Assembly: GCF_044704955.1 (NCBI RefSeq)
Contig: NC_091997.1
Coordinates: forward strand, 67,022,001 to 67,086,000
Length of the DNA: 64,000 nucleotides
Direction: 5' to 3'
Source of the DNA: Pristiophorus japonicus
Lineage: Eukaryota
The position numbers and the translations under genes are program-made. The notes beneath the pieces were generated by a model. It was not told where the DNA came from. It saw only the letters and a list, made by a program, of their open reading frames with translations, and searched no databases. Position 1 is the stretch's first letter. Every line of letters begins with the position of its first letter. Positions 23,430 through 33,985 of the stretch are shown here, piece after piece.

Positions 23430-26400
23430 CTAGGTACGGACAGAGATAACACTGTCAACTCTGCACAAGTCTTAACAAGTTCCTGAATAACAACTTTGTT
23501 CGGTGCCATTTGCATAGAACATTCCAAGGAGCTTCTCAGAGGAGAGATTAGTTAAGTCACTCTTGAGGCCAATAATATACATAGAAACATAGAAAATTAG
23601 TGCAGAGTAGGTCATTCGGTCCTTCGAGCCTGCACCGCCATTCAATATCATGGCTGATCATGCAACTTCAGTACCCCACTCCATACTTTCTCTCCATGAT
23701 CCCTTTAGCTGTAAGGGTCGCATCTAACTCCTTTTTGAATATATTTAGTGAATTGGCCTCAACAACTTTCTGTGGTAGAGAATTCCACAGGTTCACAACT
23801 CTGAGTGAAGAGGTTTCTCCTCATCTCGGTCCTAAATGGCTTACCCCTTATCCATAGACTGTGACCCCTGGTTCTGGACTTCCCCAACATCAGGAACATT
23901 CTTCCTGCACCCAACCTGTCCAATCCAGTCAGAATTTTATATGTTTCTATGAGATCCCCTCTCATTCTTCTAAATTCCAGTGAATATAAGCCTAGTCGAT
24001 CCAGTCTTTCTTCATATGTCAGTCCTGCCATCCTGGGAATCAGTCTGGTGAACCTTCGCTGCACTTCCTCAATAGCAAGAATGTCCTTCCTCAGGTTAGG
24101 AGACCAAAATATAACTCAAACCAAGGCTTGTATAGCACTGATATCTTGTAACTATTAGCTTTGGATTGTGCGTAAAGCCCATGAATGCTTAAGCTAGAGT
24201 TTACAACAACCAGTACAGACGATGGATTGCGTCATTCTAAATTGTCTATCTATGCAAATCTATGGTTCCCCCATCACAGTATCCAACTGCCTCTTGAATG
24301 ATTTTGGAGCTTTGCCTCTACTGCTCTATATAACAGGAGCAGGAGTAAGCCATACGGGCCAGGTCCACCATTCAATAAACCACACTGTCCGCTTGCCGGA
24401 CACGAGACTCCCAAAGCAAGCACTCTACTCGGAACTCCTACATGGCAAGCGAGCCCCAGGTGGGCAGAGGAAACATTTCAAGGACACCCTCAAAGCCTCC
24501 CTGATAAAGTGCAACATCCCCACCGACACCTGGGAGTCCCTGGCCAAAGGCCGCCCTAAGTGGAGGAAGAGCATCCGGGAGGGCGCTGAGCACTTCGAGT
24601 CTCGTCGCCAAGAGCATGCAGAAATCAAGCGCAGGCAGCGGAAGGAGTGTGCGGCAAACTAGTCCCACCCTCCCTTTCCTCCAACGACTGTCTGTCCCAC
24701 CTGCGACAGAGACTGTAATTCCCGAATTGGACTGTTCAGTCATCTGAGAACTCACTTTTGGAGTGGAAGCAAGTCTTCCTCGATTTCAAGGGACTGCCTA
24801 TGATGATGGGCTGATCTTCTATCTCAACACTTTCTTGCCCTATCCCCAGATCAATGTTCCCTTTAAGCTGTGTGGCCACGTGGCACTCTGAGGTATACAT
24901 GCCTATGCTAAGTTTTTTCAGATGGTTACCTGGGACTGACCAAACCGTACGAACGGTGTCCAGTTCTGGTCGCAGGGTAGATACTCAAGCACCAGAGGCA
25001 ATGCAGAAAGCAGCCACGAGGCTGATATCTGGCAGTACTGGGTGATCAGGTGGCTTCACACTCATTTGGGCAGTTTTGTTTTAAAAACCTGTGCTGGAAA
25101 AAGTGACTTTGAGCGAGGAGCCTAATCCTTGGACAAGTTTGTGTCATCCGTACAGCAGCCGCCCGCCAACTGCTAACCATCAGCACTAGCGGAGCAGGCT
25201 CAAGGGGCCGAATGGCCTACTCCTGCTCCTAATTCTTATGTTCTTATTGCCCCCACGCCCCGCTTCTGGCCTCCAGCTCTCACATGGCTGCTCATTGCCT
25301 GGCCGCTCATTGCCTGGCCGCACCCAGCCACCATCCCTCATTCATTCTGTTTCCGACAGGGATACAACTGGTCCGAAGTTTCCTTCTGATTGGTGCGGAG
25401 GCGTTGCTTGGTTGCCACGGAACCCCTGGGAAACCCATTGTCTGAGTGGGAGCTCTGATTGGTTGTCACCATTGGGGCGGTGTGAAGCTTGTAATTTTGT
25501 GTACACAAGTTCTCTGGATATCTTTTGTCCTTACGCAGAGCCTTCATCAGAATTCAGGTACGTTAGATTTTTTTAATGTTTTAAATAAAAAGTCTTGCAT
25601 TTATATAGCACCTGCCACAATCTCAGGATGTCCCAAAGCGCTTTACAGCCAATGAATTACTTCAGAAGTGTAGTCATTGTTGTAATGTAGGAATAGTGTA
25701 GTTAGATAGAAATGCAAACGGTGATTGATACAGTACAAATTATATTCTTGAATTAAAATAACAAACTTGTAAAACATTATTTTTCTTCGACCGGTTCAAA
25801 CGCAGTAGCCTAAATTGACCACTCTGCTACCCGTAACACATTGTGTGTGTTTGTGCGCTGATCGTTCTAATACCTTAAGATAAAAATATACAGTACTAAC
25901 AGACTTGAAAGCATCATGTTTATTGGGCTACCTTTGAGTTAGTTAGGCATCATAATATTGGGCTAGTATTTGGTTGACTTTGGATATTATAAAAATTCTG
26001 TCAATTTTTGAATTGGGGCCTCGATCGAGTGGACAAGAAGGACCTATTTCCCTTAACAGAGGGGTCAACAACCAGAGGGCATAGATTTAAAGTAATTGGT
26101 AAGAGGTTTAGAGGCGATTTGAGGGGAAATTTCTTCACCCAGAGGGCGGTGGGGGTCTGGAACTCGCTGCCTGAAAGGGTGGTAGAGGCAGAAACCCTCA
26201 CCGCATTTAAAAAGTACTTAGATGTGCACCTGAAGCGTCGTAACCTACAGGGCTACGGGCCCAGAGCTGGAAAGTGGGATTAGGCTGGGTAGCTCTTTGT
26301 CGGCCGCCGCAGACACGATGGGTCAAAATAGCCTCCTTCCGTGCTGTAAATTTCTATGATTTTTATGAATTCTCATCCTTGGTGTCATGGGTTTCAGTTG

Positions 26401-26839
26401 TGAGAAGATTGGAGAGAGAGAGATGGTATCTGAAAGGTTGATCTTAGAGAGATGCGCAAGATAGTTAAAGGAATGGAATAGGTGAACCCAGAATATATAT
26501 TTTTAAAATTTATTCACGGATGTGGGCGTCACTGGCAAGAGGAGCATTTATTGCCCATTCTTGAGATGGTAATGGTGGGCCTTCTTGAACCACTGCAGTC
26601 CGTGTGGTGAAGGTGCTCCTACAATGATGCAAGGCAGGGAGTTCAAGGATATAGACTCAGCGACGGTGAAGGAATGAATATGTCTATGTCAGGATGGTGT
26701 GCGAGTTGGAGGTAATGCCGTTTCATAGAAAAAAAACATAGAAAATAGGTGCAGGAGCAGGCCATTCAGCCCTGAACATTAGATTGTGGGAGTAGAACAA
26801 GAGGTCATAGGTTCATATGTATTCTATTAACGTGGTTGA

Positions 26840-27265
26840 AAGCTCATTTCAGGATCAACTATGACACCAAATTTGCGAACAGTCTGGTTTAGCCTCAGAC
26901 AGAAGTTGGGGAGAGGGATGGAGTCAGTGTCTAGGGAATGGAGTTTGTGGCGGTTGGAGAAAATTTCTGCTCATCCAGAACTGGATGTCGGACAAGCAAT
27001 CTGACAAGTTTGGAGGGGTCGAGAAAAGTGGTAGCGAGATAGAGCTGGGTGTCATCAGCGTACATGTGGAAACGCTGTGTTTTCAGATGATGTCGCCAAG
27101 GGACAACATACAGATGAGAAATAGGGGGGGGGGGGGTCACCGATAGATCCTTGGGGGACACCAGAGGTAACGATGCGGGGGGGCGGGAAGAGAAGCCATG
27201 TTTCTGGTGATTCTCTGGCTACGAGTTGATCAATAAGAATGGAACCAAGCAAGCGCAGTCCCATT
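26840..27265 (-). mobile_element. L2-like LINE reverse transcriptase fragment
   Basis: Degenerate SGVPQGS and FHMYADDTQLYL motifs. Confidence 0.7.
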
Positions 27266-27450
27266 TAACATTTATGCATGAAACATTTAACAGTTTAGAT
27301 GTACATTGATAATTATTTTCTGGAGAAACTAAGATGATTTTGCACAGCGCTATTTCAACCAAGCACGAAGATAAAACAGATGATCTGGCCGTTATCACAT
27401 TGCTGTTTGTGGGAACTTGCTGTGCACAAAATTGGTTTCCTACATTACAA

Positions 27451-27763
27451 CTATCTTAAATGAAACGATGAAGCTGAGCGCCCCCTTTATTAAAGGGACA
27501 CTTAGAACCCGCAAATGAAACTTTAGACCTAGCAGCTCAAATTAGAATTTGGTTGCCGGGGGTTGACGATGCACTCCAGTCCCTCCGGCGCCCACCTCTC
27601 GCGGAAGGCCACGAGCGTACCGGTGGGCACCGCGTGCTCCATCTCCCGGGGACACGCCGGCTCGGACGTAACCGCGGTGGAGAGGCCGGGCAGTCGGGCT
27701 GAACGACCCCCCCCCCTTGACCGCCTGCCCGCGGCCTGGACCGGCTGATGGCCCCCTTGGCCA
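27451..27763 (-). mobile_element. Tx1/L1-clade LINE 3' fragment inserted in a SINE
   Basis: Homologous to the 19639 and 22242 inserts; SINE sequence on both sides (cctacattacaa ... ttcattggctgtgaagcgc). Confidence 0.75.
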
Positions 27764-27899
27764 GGGTTAGGGGTTAGGGGTTAGGGTTCATTGGCTGTGA
27801 AGCGCTTTTGGGGCGTCCTGAGGTGGTGAAAGGCGCTACAGAAATGCAAGTCTTTGCTGGTTATGTGGGTTGTTGGGGGGGGGGGCACCCACCAAGGCC

Positions 27900-28300
27900 T
27901 GCCGGTTGCCATGGTGACGCAGGCTCGCTCCCTCACCTGCAGGCCGCTGCGCTTGTTCCAGCCGAAGATGCTGCCCGGGTAGCCGCTCAGGGCCAGCAGC
28001 AGCTCGTGGATCATCTCCCCCCGGTACTCTCACTCTCACTCTCACTCTCCCCCCGCGCTCCGATCCGAATAAAAAGAAAGATCCGCCTTCACGCTCGCCG
28101 CCGGGCGAACTCATTGGCGCCTTCGTGCGCCGCCATCTTTGAGACTGGCAGCAAAACGGCTCGAAAATGGCGGTTGCCAGTCGCCGCCATATTTCCTCCT
28201 GGCAAGTGACCGCCGAAGTTGGATGTCGCCATCTTTAATGCTGGCGCGAACACTTTTTGCTCAGTACGGAACGGCGGCCATCTTTCTTGCTGGCAGAGAC
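27900..28300 (-). promoter_or_regulatory. TUBGCP4 CpG-rich promoter with clustered YY1-type motifs and an RFX X-box
   Basis: CpG-dense; GCCATNTTT at 28132, 28186, 28228 and 28277; AAAATGGCGG at 28164; GTTGCCATGGTGAC at 27905-27918. Confidence 0.7.
27937..28014 (-). CDS. TUBGCP4: TUBGCP4 coding exon 1 (MIHELLLALSGYPGSIFGWNKRSGLQ)
   Basis: ATG at 28014; peptide nearly identical to the vertebrate GCP4 N-terminus; ends CAG|GTGAGG; 78 nt, phase 0. Confidence 0.97.
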
Positions 28301-29199
28301 CACAGTTGAACTATACACTGACTTAAGCTCCTCAACTATTATGAAATAATGAAAGTAGGTCCAGCAGACTTTATTTCTACCTTCTTTTATATATATATTA
28401 ACTTAAGCTCCTTAACTATGAGGAAGTAATGAATGTAGGTCTCACCATTGTAGGCTTGGCCCAATAACAACTATCTCCATTAATACTACATAGAATCTGC
28501 ACAGGAACAGACTGTTTCATCCAACTTATCAGGTGGACGTAAAAGATCCCATGGCACTATTTCGAAGACGAGCAGGGAGTTCTCCCCGGTGTCCTGGGGC
28601 CAATATTTATCCCTCAATCAACATAAAAACACAGATTATCTGGTCATTATCACATTGCTGTGTGTGGGAGCTTGCTGTGTGCAAATTGGCTGCCACGTTT
28701 CCCACATTACAACAGTGACTACATTCCAAAAGTACTTCATTGGCTGTAAAGCGCTTTGGGATGTCCGGTGGTCGTAAAAGATGCTATATAAATGCAAGAC
28801 CTTTTTTTCTTTTTATGCCAATGTTTATACTCCATGCAAGTCTCTTTGAACTTAATTGCCTCTTGTTACTCTGACCTGTATCCCTCCGTTCCCTTCGCTC
28901 TCATGTATGCAACATATCGCTTTAACATTTAAAAATCTCAAAACACCTTACAAAAGAAGAAAGAAAGACTTGCATTTCTATAGCACCTTTCGTGACCACC
29001 AGACATCCCAAAGCACAAAGCAGCCAATGAGGTACTTTTTGAAGTGTAGTCACTGTTATAATGTGGGATACACAGCAGCTAATTTGCGCACAGCAAGCTC
29101 CCACAAATAGCAATGTGATAATGACTAGATCATCTGTTTTGTTATGTTGATGGAGGGATAAATATTGGCCAGGACACTGGGGGTAACTCCCCTGCTGTT

Positions 29200-29935
29200 C
29201 CCTCAGTACTGCCCCTCCGACAGTGCGGCGCTCCCTCAGCACTGCCCCTCCGACAGTGCGGCGCTCCCTCAGTACTGCCCCTCCGACAGTGCGGCGCTCC
29301 CTCAGCACTGCCCCTCCGACAGTGCGGCGCTCCCTCAGCACTGCCCCTCCGACAGTGCGGCGCTCCCTCAGCACTGCCCCTCCAACAGTGCGGCGCTCCC
29401 TCAGCACTGCCCCTCCGACAGTGCGGCGCTCCCTCAGCACTGCCCCTCCGACAGTGCGGCGCTCCCTCAGCACTGCCCCTCCGACAGTGCGGCACTCCCT
29501 CAGCACTGCCCCTCCGACAGTGCGGCGCTCCCTCAGCACTGCCCCTCCGACAGTGCGGCACTCCCTCAGCACTGCCCCTCCGACAGTGCGGCACTCCCTC
29601 AGCACTGCCCCTCCGACAGTGCGGCGCTCCCTCAGCACTGCCCCTCCGACAGTGCGGCGCTCCCTCAGCACTGCCCCTCCGACAGTGCGGCACTCCCTCA
29701 GCACTGCCCCTCCGACAGTGCGGCACTCCCTCAGCACTGCCCCTCCGACAGTGCGGCGCTCCCTCAGCACTGCCCCTCCGACAGTGCGGCGCTCCCTCAG
29801 CACTGCCCCTCCGACAGTGCGGCGCTCCCTCAGCACTGCCCCTCCGACAGTGCGGCGCTCCCTCAGCACTGCCCCTCCGACAGTGCGGCGCTCCCTCAGC
29901 ACTGCCCCTCCGACAGGGCGGCGCTCCCTCAGCAC
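29200..29935. repeat. Minisatellite, 33-bp unit (CTGCCCCTCCGACAGTGCGGCGCTCCCTCAGCA), about 22 copies, inside a SINE spanning about 28960-30042
   Basis: Directly visible; 11-aa periodicity in the overlapping ORFs. Confidence 0.95.
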
Positions 29936-30142
29936 TGCACTGGAGTGTCAGCCTAGATTTTTGTGCTCCAGTCCCTGGGGTGGGACTTGAACCCACAACC
30001 TTCTGACTCAGAGGCGAAAGCACTGCCCACTGAACCACAGCTCAGGTGGGCAAAGGTGACAGAATGTGCCTGCAATTGTAGGACTTTTAATACACTAGAT
30101 AGTTAATATAACTAGGAGGGAGAACTGAACGTCATTATTTCG

Positions 30143-30738
30143 AAACATAGAAAATAGGTGCAGGAGTAGGCCATTCGGCCCTTTGAGCCTGCACCACCAT
30201 TCGATAAGATCATGGCTGATCATTCACCTCAGTACCCCTTTCCTGCTTTCTCTCCATACCCCTTGATCCTTTTAGCCATAAGGGCCATATCTAACTCCCT
30301 CTTGAATATATCCAATGAACTGGCATCAACAACTCTCTGCGGCAGGGAATTCCACAGGTTAACAACTCTCTTAATGAAGAAGTTTTTCCTCATCTCAGTC
30401 CTAAATGGCTTACCCCTTATCCCTAAATGGCTTACCCCTTATGTCCCCTGGTTCTGGACTTCCCCAACATCGGGAACATTCTTCCTGCATCTAACCTGTC
30501 CAGTCCCGTCAGAATTTTATATGTTTCTATGCGATCCCCTCTCATCCTTCTAAACTCCAGTGAATACAGGCCCAGTTGATCCAGTCTCTCCTCATATGTC
30601 AGTCCTGCCATCCCGGGAATCAGTCTGGTGAACCTTCGCTGCACTCCCTCAGTAGCAAGAACGCCCTTCCTCAGATTAGGAGACCAAAACTGAACACAAT
30701 ATTCCAGGTGAGGCCTCACCAAGGCCCTGTACAACTGC
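30143..30738 (-). mobile_element. CR1 3' fragment downstream of CCIN
   Basis: YRALVRPHLEYCVQFWSP peptide; tttctatg tail. Confidence 0.88.
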
Positions 30739-30792
30739 AGTTGGTTCTGACTTTATAATTCATTTTCCAACAACTAGCTCGTTTTTGACGCT

Positions 30793-30798
30793 TTTATT
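30793..30798 (-). terminator. Candidate polyadenylation signal AATAAA of CCIN
   Basis: tttatt on the + strand, 47 nt past the stop codon and just before a CR1 fragment. Confidence 0.6.
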
Positions 30799-30845
30799 AT
30801 TTTTTATGACAAGAGGACAGAAAATATTAATATTGAATATTCTAT

Positions 30846-32648
30846 TTATCTAATATCTTTCTGGTGGTCTAGCTTTGGTTTAGAGAGGGATTTTTCTGAC
30901 TTCTGTATGAACTTGCATTGTAGTTTGCTCCGGCAGCAGGCAGAGCTTTCTAGAGCCTCAGACGGTTTCGCCACCTCACTCCAGACTCCCAGTTTTGTCT
31001 CTAATAGGAACGCGTTTTTGTTGACGGTGAATTCCTTCATGTTGCCGTCGTCAGTGGCAGAAGTCCCCCCGCAGACGAACACCATGTCCCGGATCAGGCA
31101 CATGGCGTGGCACACCTCTAGCTTGGTGTCGTTCGGGAGCAAGGGGATGCGCTTGGGCGTCTTGCTGGCCTTGAACTTCTGCAAGCTCACTTCGATGGTG
31201 TGTTTGTGGTTCTGCACGCTGAGGGTCAAGTCCCCTTGCAGCGAGATGACCGGCCTGTGCTTGAACTCGATGGGGAACGTCAAACTTTGTTTCACCTCCC
31301 CGGTTATGGTGTCGAAACAGTCCACCACTCCCACCCTGGAGATCCGGTCGTTGATCATACACCTCCCGGTCGCGATGTAGATGTACCGGTCGCCCTTGGT
31401 CACCACCTCGGCGCAGTCCATCGGCACGCTCATCCTTCCCACTGTCGTCCACTTTTCCTTCTTCTCGTCGTACCTGTAGATGGTGGAGATGTACTTCCTC
31501 GGTGCCACACTGCCCCCTACTGTGTACACGATCCCATTGCAGGCGATCATGGAGTGGAAGACCAGCCCCAGCGGAAGGTCCGGCAGTTTGCACCAAATGC
31601 TTTTGTCCAGGTCATACCTCCACGCCGACTTCAGGCTGGCGTTCTGCTCGTTGGTGCCGCCCGTCACATACAGGTACTTTCTCGTGCAGACGGCCCCCAA
31701 AGCCGCGGCCCGGTAAGGCATGTGGCTGACCTTAATCCACTTGTTCTCGTCGATGACGTAGGCGTAGATCGCGTTGCGGAAGCAGCCGTCGGAGCTCTGG
31801 CCCCCCAGGACAAGGACCACGTCCATCAGGGCTCCTTTCCGCTGAAAGTAGCAGAGGCTGCTGACGTTGTCCTGCTTGCGGTGGCTCAGCACGTCGACTA
31901 TAGCGCACACGCAGGCCGTGTTGTTCTGGATCAAGGGCTCCTCGCTGCTGATGTCTGAGAGAACCTCGTCGGAGACAGCGTTCAGATAAATATTCGAGAA
32001 GAGCTTCGGAAAGTGACCCTTCCGGTCTTCTAAGTTATGGTTAGTCCACCTTACGATGGTCAGCAGGACCTGATCTTCATTGGCAGTGTGAAGGTCTTCA
32101 TCTTTGACCAGCTTCAATAAGACGTGGTACGGGCAGTCCACAAACTCCTTTGTTCCGCTCAGGTGGAAGAATTGGTCTTTGAGGTACGAGTACACAATCA
32201 CAGCCAGCTCGGGTAAATCGTAGGTCTCGGCCAGCATGAGAGTGTACATGTAGTTCTGCTTGTCAAGAACGAGCTCCAAATATTCCACGCAGTGGGACTT
32301 GAGCCGCTTGATCATGAAGTACTTGGCCCCCTTCAACAGGTCCTCCACATTTTTGTCAGCGATGATAATCTTACCCGTGTAGAAGTACTCCAGCAATTGC
32401 TCCACCGACACCGGGCTCATGTAGTCGATGTCGATGGTGACGGACAGCTCGTCCGAGGGCTGAATGTTGCAGCTGTAGATTAGGTCCTTGACGTAGGGGC
32501 TGACCGCGGTGAGGATGTTCTGGTGTGCCGAGAATGAATGGGTGCCCACGTTGATCACGACATCGCAGCACTCCTTATTTTGCCTCTGGGCGTTGAGAGC
32601 TTGCAAGATGTAGGCGCTGTGCCTGTGGTCATCAAATTCCAGCTTCAT
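30846..32648 (-). CDS. CCIN: Calicin: intronless 600-aa BTB-BACK-Kelch sperm-head cytoskeletal protein
   Basis: Uninterrupted ORF. The N-terminus MKLEF...LQALNAQRQ...AHQNILTAVSP...TIDIDYMSPVSVEQLLEYFYTGK resembles mammalian calicin as I recall it (MKLEF...AHRNVLAAVSP...[23 protein letters not shown]). Kelch GG motifs (VLGG, VTGG, TVGG, VCGG). Mammalian CCIN also has a single coding exon. Confidence 0.9.
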   Translation of the reverse strand: MKLEFDDHRHSAYILQALNAQRQNKECCDVVINVGTHSFSAHQNILTAVSPYVKDLIYSCNIQPSDELSVTIDIDYMSPVSVEQLLEYFYTGKIIIADKNVEDLLKGAKYFMIKRLKSHCVEYLELVLDKQNYMYTLMLAETYDLPELAVIVYSYLKDQFFHLSGTKEFVDCPYHVLLKLVKDEDLHTANEDQVLLTIVRWTNHNLEDRKGHFPKLFSNIYLNAVSDEVLSDISSEEPLIQNNTACVCAIVDVLSHRKQDNVSSLCYFQRKGALMDVVLVLGGQSSDGCFRNAIYAYVIDENKWIKVSHMPYRAAALGAVCTRKYLYVTGGTNEQNASLKSAWRYDLDKSIWCKLPDLPLGLVFHSMIACNGIVYTVGGSVAPRKYISTIYRYDEKKEKWTTVGRMSVPMDCAEVVTKGDRYIYIATGRCMINDRISRVGVVDCFDTITGEVKQSLTFPIEFKHRPVISLQGDLTLSVQNHKHTIEVSLQKFKASKTPKRIPLLPNDTKLEVCHAMCLIRDMVFVCGGTSATDDGNMKEFTVNKNAFLLETKLGVWSEVAKPSEALESSACCRSKLQCKFIQKSEKSLSKPKLDHQKDIR

Positions 32649-32848
32649 TCTCGGGCGGGCCAGGCGGTTTCTGAGAGAGGCTTCTGCGGAGGGGCCTCTG
32701 GAGGCAGGAGTTTGTTGTAACCAGGAAGTGAGGTAACAAGAAGAGGTGTGACCTCACAGTGCACGTGTGTGACCCTTACAGTCCACATACGTGGAACCTT
32801 GGTGATAAACGCATCAGGCAGTTGAATAATGACATAACATAACGTAGT

Positions 32849-33421
32849 ATTGGTGGGGCCACACCTGGAGTACTGCGTACAGTTTTGGTCTCCGTATTTA
32901 AGGAAGGTTATACTTGCATTGGAGGCAGTTCAGAGAAGGTTCACTCGGTTGATTCCGGAGATGAGGGGGTTGACTTATGAGGAAAGGTTGAGTAGGTTGG
33001 GCCTGTACTCATTGGAGTTCAGAAGAATGAGAGGTGATCTTATCGAAGCATATAAGATAATGAGGGGGCTCGACAAGGTGGCTGCAGAGAGGATATTTCC
33101 ACTCATGGGGAAACTAAAACTCGGGGGCAGAGTCTCAGAATAAAGGGCCGCCCATTTAAAACTGAAAAGAGGAGGAATTTCTTCTCTCAGAGGGTTGTAA
33201 ATCTGTGGAATTCTCTGCCCCAGAGAGCTGTGGAAGCTGTGTCATTGAATAAATTTAAGGTGGAGAGAGACAAATTTTTGAGCGATAAGGGAGTGAAGGG
33301 TTATGGGGAGCGGGCGGGGAAGTGGAGCTGAGTCCATGAACAGATCAGCCATGATCGTATTAAATGGCGGAGCAGGTCGAGGGGCCGAATGGCCGACTCC
33401 TGCTCCTATTTCTTATGTTCT
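32849..33421 (+). mobile_element. CR1 3' fragment upstream of CCIN; many similar fragments elsewhere (about 16985-17365, 20700-21125, 23578-24110, 26005-26365, 34535-34955, 41840-42192, 44745-45105, 48225-48610, 53105-53575, 63570-63940)
   Basis: PHLEYCVQFWSP peptide and the shared CR1 3' UTR with a ttcttatg tail. Confidence 0.85.
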
Positions 33422-33424
33422 AAT

Positions 33425-33985
33425 GAGCCTGGATTGCCCTCTCTGCAGTTGCATCCCCGCAGGTTGGGGCCATAAAAGGAGCGGAGGTGCGGTGGCCTGG
33501 GAGCAGCGTGGAGGTCACTTCAGGGGGCAGTGCGAGCTGGTGCAGGAGGGCGACGGCAGCGAAGAGTGACGTCGGCAAGATCCAGCTCAGTGATTGGAGC
33601 GTGGGCAGATACAGCAGGAGCGGTGAGAGACTGTGGAGGGACGTGATCGGGGCCCAGGAGAGGCGTGAGTTCAGGCCCAGGGGCAGCACGGGCCCAGCCC
33701 ACACTGTGCGGTATGTGTGTACACTGGGTCCGTGCAGCAGAGCTGGTCTCCAGTCGTCCTGGTTAACCCTTGCCGCTGGACCAAGACCGAGCTCTGTCAA
33801 GCCCCGTGTGGTGGCTGGTGTGCAACGGTCACCCCACGTTAAACAAATCCACCCACAGACATCTTCCACCCTTCAACTGGAGTTCGGGATCCGGAGTATT
33901 AGGTCCTTCATTGAAACACCTGTGAACTCATCCCTTTTTTGACGTGGAAGCAAGTCATCCTCGCCTCGAGGGAGCGCCCATGATG
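33425..33985 (+). mobile_element. Non-autonomous element with an RTE-type 3' tail; other copies near 15150-16112 (plus) and 37395-37770 (minus)
   Basis: The 3' end gtggaagcaagtcatcctcg...atgatg matches the RTE tails in this window; non-coding body shared by three copies. Confidence 0.6.

Noticed and set aside
28320-28441. About 42-bp degenerate direct repeat, 80 bp apart, upstream of the TUBGCP4 promoter
   Set aside because: Only two diverged AT-rich copies; most simply an old local duplication.
28922-30038. Four long repetitive ORFs (255-337 aa) and a superficially CRISPR-like array
   Set aside because: Pure 33-bp tandem repeat without unique spacers; the unit length is a multiple of 3, so frames stay open; derived from a SINE; no cas genes; eukaryotic context.
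30907-32720. Antisense and alternate-frame ORFs over CCIN (up to 252 aa)
   Set aside because: Shadow ORFs expected from high GC at third codon positions; no recognisable domains.
30143-33421. Inverted CR1 fragments truncated at similar points and flanking CCIN, resembling a composite transposon
   Set aside because: They belong to different subfamilies (different tails and sequence), no shared TSD is visible, and CR1 3' fragments are very common here.
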